35,912 nucleotides of DNA. It comes from Octopus bimaculoides. Its lineage: Eukaryota. Shown in pieces: positions 30,901 to 35,912 of this stretch. A model generated the notes under the pieces. That model saw only the letters and a list, made by a program, of their open reading frames with translations, was not told the origin of the DNA and made no database searches. The translations under genes were made by a program, and so were the position numbers. The stretch is taken from positions 33,780,857-33,816,768 of the forward strand of contig NC_068985.1 of NCBI RefSeq assembly GCF_001194135.2. Direction: 5' to 3'. Position 1 is the stretch's first letter. Each line of letters opens with the position of its first letter.

Positions 30901-33900
30901 GTGACATCTGCTTATAACTATTGCATGTCAAGACAAGGAGACACAAACACACACATATACATCCATGCACATATGCATGCATGCACACACACTCACACAC
31001 ATTGGGATTCTTTCAGTTTCTGTCTACCAAATCTATCCACAAGGCTATGGTCAGCCCATGGCTAACTCAAAACTTGAATAAATAAAAAACGAAGTTAAGA
31101 GTAAAGAATGAAGGTTGAAGTTAGTTGATTAAGTTTATCCAGATCATACCTTTACTTCTGAATGAGATGACAAGACTTCTTTAGCTTTCTCTTCCAAATC
31201 TTTAAACTCCTTTTTAAGAGCTTCAAGTTTCTTTGCCATTTCTTCTTTTTCTTTCTCCAAAGATTCTAATTTTTCTTGGGATTTCTTCAAATTTCTAAAC
31301 AAATGATTTCATGTTAATTCATTTACAAAGCATTAAAAAACAATATTCTCAAAGCCAATTATTTTTAAATTCCTTATTTGTTTTGTCTGTTTTTCCACAT
31401 TAGTATGGGTTGGATTATCATGAATCCTCACCTAATTTTCAACAAATGGATTTATTTTATTCTACTTATCTTCAAAAGTGCAGTTACAAGAAAATTTGTT
31501 ACCAGAGAACATCAACAAATATCAGTCTTTTGCATGCAAGAATGTGGAATGTAACTACATATACAGACAAGCACACACACGACAGGCTCCCATACAGTTT
31601 CTGCCAACCAATTTCATTCACAAGGAATTGGTTGACTTGAGGCTAAAGACATATACACAAAGTGCCACACAAAGAAAGAGAACTCAAGACCACATAGTAA
31701 GAAAGCAAACTATATAACCAGAGAGCCATGCCAATATTATTGCACTCCAATGCAATAAAATTGGTCAGGTTTCCTACAAATCATCATCGTCTAACATCCA
31801 CTTTTCCATGCTTGAATGAGTCAGGTGGAATTTGTTGAGGCCAACTTTCTATAATCACATGCTTTTCCTGTCACCACCCCTATTTCCAAACAAGGGTATA
31901 TTTCCCCATGACCATGGAAACTAGAAACAAACAACACTGCTTGTATGACAGTGATACTTGCTTACACACACACACATATATATATGATGGGTTTCTTTCA
32001 GTTTTTGTCCACTAAATCCATTCCCAGAGCTTTGGTTGGTCCAGCAATATAGTGGGAAAACATTTTCCCAAGGTGCTTTGTAATGTGACTGAACTCGAGA
32101 CATGGTTTAGAAGCAGGCTTCTCATCCACACACCTATGCCTAAATGTAAAGTATTATTATCTGGAAGCATTAAGGACTAAATTGAATTTGGAAAGAATAT
32201 GCTCGAAGAATGGAAAGCTGAAAAAAAAAAACCCACTTGCTTCTATAGATTTATTTTACTAAAAGTACAGTAAAAATCATGTTTTCCAAATATTTGAGCC
32301 TTAATTAGTTAAATAACATCTAAATTCTTATTTGAAAGCCTTTTATTCAAATAATTTTTTTTTATATTTATTAATTTTTTACTTTCAAATTATCAAACTA
32401 TACTGTTTAAACATTTTAGAGTTCACATTTGTCTACAGGTAATGCATTTCTGTACCTTGTACATCATCAGTATAGAGTAACAGAACAATAGTCAATTAAT
32501 TATGATCATAAATTAAGACAATTACAGGAATACACTGATTGAAAATTAATATAACTATCATTGAACAAGATATACCAAAAAGGCTATAGATATAGGACAA
32601 ATATAAAATATGTATAGAAATGTAACATTTTGAGTCACTTGCTTTTAATGATAAAGAAGAAAAGAATTTTCATTTGCTTTCATCCCATACATGAAAACTA
32701 GATGGAGTATTAATTAAACATTTTAAATATGAATTTGTGATGAAACAAACCTCTTGGAAGTAGTGACTCCTACAGTAGTTTTAGTGATCTGACCAGTCAC
32801 CTGATCAATATTGTTTGAGATGGCATCAACTCTAGCTTGGACAGCTTTTAATTTGTTTCCACCAATGTCCATAATTTCTTTATGTAGCCTACAACAGAAA
32901 TATTACTGAATTATCTGAAAATATTAACCTGTGAAATAAGCAGCTTGAAACTATTGATAAAGTAAGAATAAAGGAATAAAATTATGAAAGAATTAGTGCA
33001 AATGGAAATGAAGTGTTAGCTGAAACCATTGCAAAATCCATTCATTTTACCTAATAGTTAACCCTCCCCATTTTCACTGTTCCCCTATCTTCATTGACAG
33101 ATCTATCTATTCATTGAATAGATATAAGTGGTTGAGTATTCCACAAACACTTGTAATTTTAGTGTATTCATCCAGGAGATTCAGCATAGCAGTGTGATAA
33201 GGCTGGTTCTTTGAACTAAACATAGTCCATCTGACAGGCTTCTACACAGTTTGTGTCTATTTGATTTTATTTACAGAACTCGTGTCAAACTAAGACTATG
33301 ATAAAAAAAACTTACTCAAGACACAGCATAATAGGATCAAACCCAGAACCTCACGACTGAAAATTGCACTTTTTCACTAGCCAATCATCCTTCAATAAGC
33401 AAATGATAAAGAAATAGTAAATAGATGAGAAAGCCAGCTTTAACCCTTTGGCATTCAGATTTAACATTATTATCGAATGTAAGGCTGGTTCAAACATGAA
33501 ATAGTAGAATACTGGGCCAAGTATGGCTGGTTTAAATGCTAAAGGGTTAATATAACAATTGAAAACAGATTCAATGGCTGGAAATTAATTCATAAAAATG
33601 AATAGTGACAATGAAGACATTTCTCACCTTTGAACTTCCTTTTCAACTTTGGAGACAACTTTAGCATCTTTTTCATAAACTATAAGTGAAAATATGAAAA
33701 ATTATGGATAAAAATACTAAATAATTATAATCAATAAAAAAAATCTGAGCGTAGCCTTAATAAAGCAACTTAATAGCAAAGAACAATCAATACAACAATA
33801 AACATGAAAAACAGAGTTAATAACTATTTTCATGGCATTCAGTTTTGTAGGAGAGGAATGAAAAATAGAACTTGGTGAAATTAAACCAGAAATTAGAACA

Positions 33901-34363
33901 TAATATTTTTGGACTACTGCTCCCTCAACTCTGACAATATTCCACTCTATATAAATTTTTTTGAGGCAGGACACTGCCAATTTTCTCAGGACAGAGATAT
34001 CAATAATTTAGTGGAATTTAAAGTATTATACATACTTATTTTATCAGCTTCAAAAAAGTGAACTACAAACATCTATCCTAGTGAAATATGAACACAATCT
34101 AAGACAAAACAAAATACATTTATTTCCATCAACATGCAACTATCATACCAAATTGTTCAACTGAAGGAGAAGTGACATGAAAAAAAATTAAATAAAGAGC
34201 CATCACATATCACAATGTACAAAAAATAAAACTTACTGCTTTTCAATTTTTCAACTTTTTTCTGCAAATTATCCACTTCAACTTTATCAGGAGCTGCAGA
34301 TTTTACTTTTTCTTTTTGTACCACAATCTGTTGAGTCAGTGTTATCTCTTGCTCTGATAACGC
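23144..34363 (-). CDS. SMC4: Structural maintenance of chromosomes protein 4 (condensin SMC4); 5'-partial, last 9 exons, 1395 nt = 464 aa + stop
   Basis: complement join(34237-34363,33628-33679,32751-32888,31150-31294,29408-29581,28331-28510,26124-26356,25392-25575,23144-23305). All GT-AG and in phase. Coiled coil followed by [60 protein letters not shown] (ABC signature), [15 protein letters not shown] (Walker B / D-loop), [17 protein letters not shown]. Confidence 0.98.
23575..25099 (+). mobile_element. RTE-type LINE, 5'-truncated, complete 3' end with (GAT)n tail; lies antisense in the last SMC4 intron
   Basis: [52 protein letters not shown]; ~220-bp tandem array; tail ...gttaaacgatgatgatgatga. 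Confidence 0.92.
24150..24900 (+). repeat. ~220-bp higher-order tandem repeat (about 3.5 units) in the LINE 3' UTR
   Basis: GGGCCTCAT anchors at 24348, 24568, 24788; TTAAAAGCA anchors at 24221, 24425, 24645. Confidence 0.88.
25392..25575 (-). CDS. SMC4: SMC4 exon with ABC signature and Walker B ([26 protein letters not shown]...[21 protein letters not shown])
   Basis: ttccag acceptor / GTAAGA donor. Confidence 0.98.
26124..26356 (-). CDS. SMC4: SMC4 exon ([12 protein letters not shown]...[10 protein letters not shown]...[21 protein letters not shown])
   Basis: atacag acceptor / GTAATT donor; highly conserved head-proximal sequence. Confidence 0.98.
26444..26521. repeat. (CA)n microsatellite
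   Basis: direct reading. Confidence 0.98.
27110..27885. mobile_element. Cluster of module D elements in both orientations
   Basis: D(+) ~27110-27252, tail ~27292-27345, D(-) ~27355-27530, D(+) ~27712-27885. Confidence 0.7.
28075..28210 (-). mobile_element. Degenerate SINE C
   Basis: Reverse-complement similarity to 16785-16930. Confidence 0.5.
28331..28510 (-). CDS. SMC4: SMC4 exon ([18 protein letters not shown]...[15 protein letters not shown])
   Basis: tttttag acceptor / GTAAAG donor; KPNL motif. Confidence 0.95.
28605..28836 (+). mobile_element. tRNA-headed SINE whose tail contains a decayed type I hammerhead ribozyme
   Basis: A box TGGTGTAGTGG (28612-28622), B box GAGTTCGATTCC (28655-28666), (AAT)n spacer, then GACAC-CTGATGA-A-GGCCG[10 nt]CAGCC-AAAAC-ATT-GTGTT (28743-28788). 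Confidence 0.8.
28950..29105 (-). mobile_element. Degenerate SINE C
   Basis: caaagtcaacctcag...atttgaactcaa...aatactgctaagcattttgccc...attctgccagctc. Confidence 0.65.
29408..29581 (-). CDS. SMC4: SMC4 exon ([17 protein letters not shown]...VKMKHWKKQ)
   Basis: tttgcag acceptor / GTATGA donor; 58 codons. Confidence 0.94.
30735..32145 (-). mobile_element. Scattered reverse-strand SINE A and module D fragments around the SMC4 exon 31150-31294
   Basis: D(-) ~30735-30860 and ~31780-31880; A(-) ~31003-31065, ~31595-31730, ~31985-32145. Confidence 0.6.
31150..31294 (-). CDS. SMC4: SMC4 exon ([48 protein letters not shown])
   Basis: gtttag acceptor / GTATGA donor; coiled coil. Confidence 0.93.
32751..32888 (-). 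CDS. SMC4: SMC4 exon ([45 protein letters not shown])
   Basis: ttgtag acceptor / GTTTGT donor; in phase. Confidence 0.93.
33444..33546 (-). mobile_element. piggyBac-type MITE, internally deleted (103 bp), intact TTAA target-site duplication
   Basis: TTAA (33440-33443) CCCTTTGGCATT ... AATGCTAAAGGG TTAA (33547-33550); TIR 11/12. Confidence 0.88.
33628..33679 (-). CDS. SMC4: SMC4 52-nt exon ([18 protein letters not shown])
   Basis: cttatag acceptor / GTGAGA donor; phases 1 and 2 fit both neighbours. Confidence 0.88.
34237..34363 (-). CDS. SMC4: SMC4 exon ([42 protein letters not shown])
   Basis: tttcag acceptor / GTAAGT donor on the minus strand; APDK motif of the SMC4 coiled coil. Confidence 0.9.
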
Positions 34364-34939
34364 CTGAAAAGCAATAACACAGTCATTTTACGAAGAGGAG
34401 AAAATGTAATAAAGTACAGAATTTAATTTTGTTAGTCTGAGTCTACCTGAAATTTTTTGTTTGTAGTGCCTAACTCTCAACAATAAACTATTCATATCTA
34501 AATGAGAATATTAAAACAAAACTTGTTACCATGTTCATGGTAACACACAGCTTCACTAGATAAACATTTTACATTATTAAACACTTTTCAGTGTGAAGTT
34601 CTTTTCTCCAAATTTTTGGGAAATTTTACTCCACATCATAACTGACACATTTCTGTAACTTTTGCTTAAAAAAATGGATATCACCTTTACATTCATTAGT
34701 AGCGAATCTGAATTTGAAGGACTTGCAAAAGAAGAAGTGTAAGATTTAAATGTGAAATGCAACAAGTATGATCAAGTTCTTGAGGGAGAATCAGCTATAT
34801 CAATTTCCAATGGTGATAACAGTGACTCCCACAACAACAGCTCTGACAATGATAAAAGTGATGAGTTTATACCAGTAAGAAATGGAGTGAAACTTTAAAA
34901 TACATTTCTCTTCAAAATTTTACAGAACTGAATGGACCT

Positions 34940-35300
34940 AAATGCAGTCTTTCCAATATATTGAAGTTGTGTCAGTATTTCCATATACAAGACACTAGCA
35001 GTACTGCAGTAAATTGAGATAAATATTTAAAATAAAATTCTTCCTGACAAAGAACAAATGCTATGGTCGACCAGAAAAAAAAAGGTTGTCTATTAATCAA
35101 AATACGGTGGATTAAAAAAGGCTGAATGCATTTTCAACAACATATGCCAGAAAAAACTCACAAAATGGATAATCAAAGTCTGGAACACTTTTAAGTGAGT
35201 ACTGGATATTGCAGTGATTTTAATTTTTTTATGTGGAAGAAAGATAATAGTGTAAGTCAACATGGCCTAGAGTACAACATGGTCTGGGTGTTAAAAGTTT
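34940..35300 (+). mobile_element. piggyBac (PGBD-like) transposase fossil
   Basis: Broken frames: FQYI..FHIQD, LSINQNTVD, FQQHMPEK, KWIIKVW, STGYCSDF..., HGLEYNMV, matching RF..I...LHF.D / LSIDE.MV / F.QY.P.KP.KWGIK.W / TGY..F..Y.GK / GLG..VV. Confidence 0.7.
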
Positions 35301-35569
35301 TTTGTTATGTATGTTATATCAGAAAAATAATGTACGATTATAAATGGGTTTTATTGAACCCGCAAAAAATGTTTTCTTTTGTCAAATAGATCTATAGAGA
35401 ATAAATGTCATTAATAGACATTGATATTCTTAGGGAGTTTATTACATGAATGGTAGAAAATATGCCACCTTTGTAAAAAGATTTTTAAGGTTTATTATTA
35501 TAAACTTTTGTTCAAAAATTGTTTCCATTACAAATTTTTAAATGTTCTTGGAAATAAATTTCATAATAA

Positions 35570-35912
35570 AACTCTAAGAAAGAGAGCCTGCCTTATGTCG
35601 ACCCAATAGAGGGACCAGCTATCCGAGTTGATAGTACCAGGGTAGATAAAGCAATTAAGAGTATGAAGACCGGGAAAGCCCCCGGCCCATCAGGAATCAC
35701 TGCAGAGATGCTCAAAATATCTGGCAGTGTTGGCTATAGCCTAGTCACCCGTATTACGAACCAGGTGATACACGAAGGAGTCATACCCTATGACTGGTGT
35801 AGCAGCATCATAGTCAACTGCTACAAAGGTAAAGGGGACGCTTTAGATACAAATAATTACAGAGGCATCAAGCTGTTAGATCAGGTTATGAAAGTTACAG
35901 AGAGGGTCATAG
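35570..35912 (+). mobile_element. RTE-type LINE ORF2 (N-terminal RT region), open frame running off the window end
   Basis: 114 stop-free codons: ...KAIKSMKTGKAPGPSGITAEMLK...IPYDWCSSIIVNCYKGKGDALDTNNYRGIKLLDQVMKVTERVI. Confidence 0.92.

Noticed and set aside
34364-35570. Additional upstream SMC4 exon within the window
   Set aside because: I found no minus-strand open segment with SMC coiled-coil character and matching phase-0 splice sites; the region is transposon-derived.

Overview
AT-rich eukaryotic (animal) genomic DNA. The SINE/LINE/MITE repertoire and long (TA)n/(CA)n tracts suggest a coleoid cephalopod, probably Octopus (inferred by repeat recognition, not by a search). The window holds the 3' parts of two convergent intron-rich genes. 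On the + strand are 12 coding exons (2327-21194, 407 aa plus stop) of a medium-chain acyl-CoA synthetase (ACSM-like). On the - strand are the last 9 coding exons (34363-23144, 464 aa plus stop) of condensin subunit SMC4. I traced both exon chains by hand and both keep phase across every GT-AG junction. Introns are packed with tRNA-derived SINEs, three RTE-type LINE pieces, Penelope GIY-YIG fossils, mariner and piggyBac fossils with their MITEs, and a Helentron-like element. There are three assembly gaps. Most of the supplied ORF track is noise. The most interesting unexplained signals are several minimal type I hammerhead-ribozyme folds, one of them forming the tail of a tRNA-headed SINE (28605-28836), and an 83-nt near-perfect hairpin (13082-13164).
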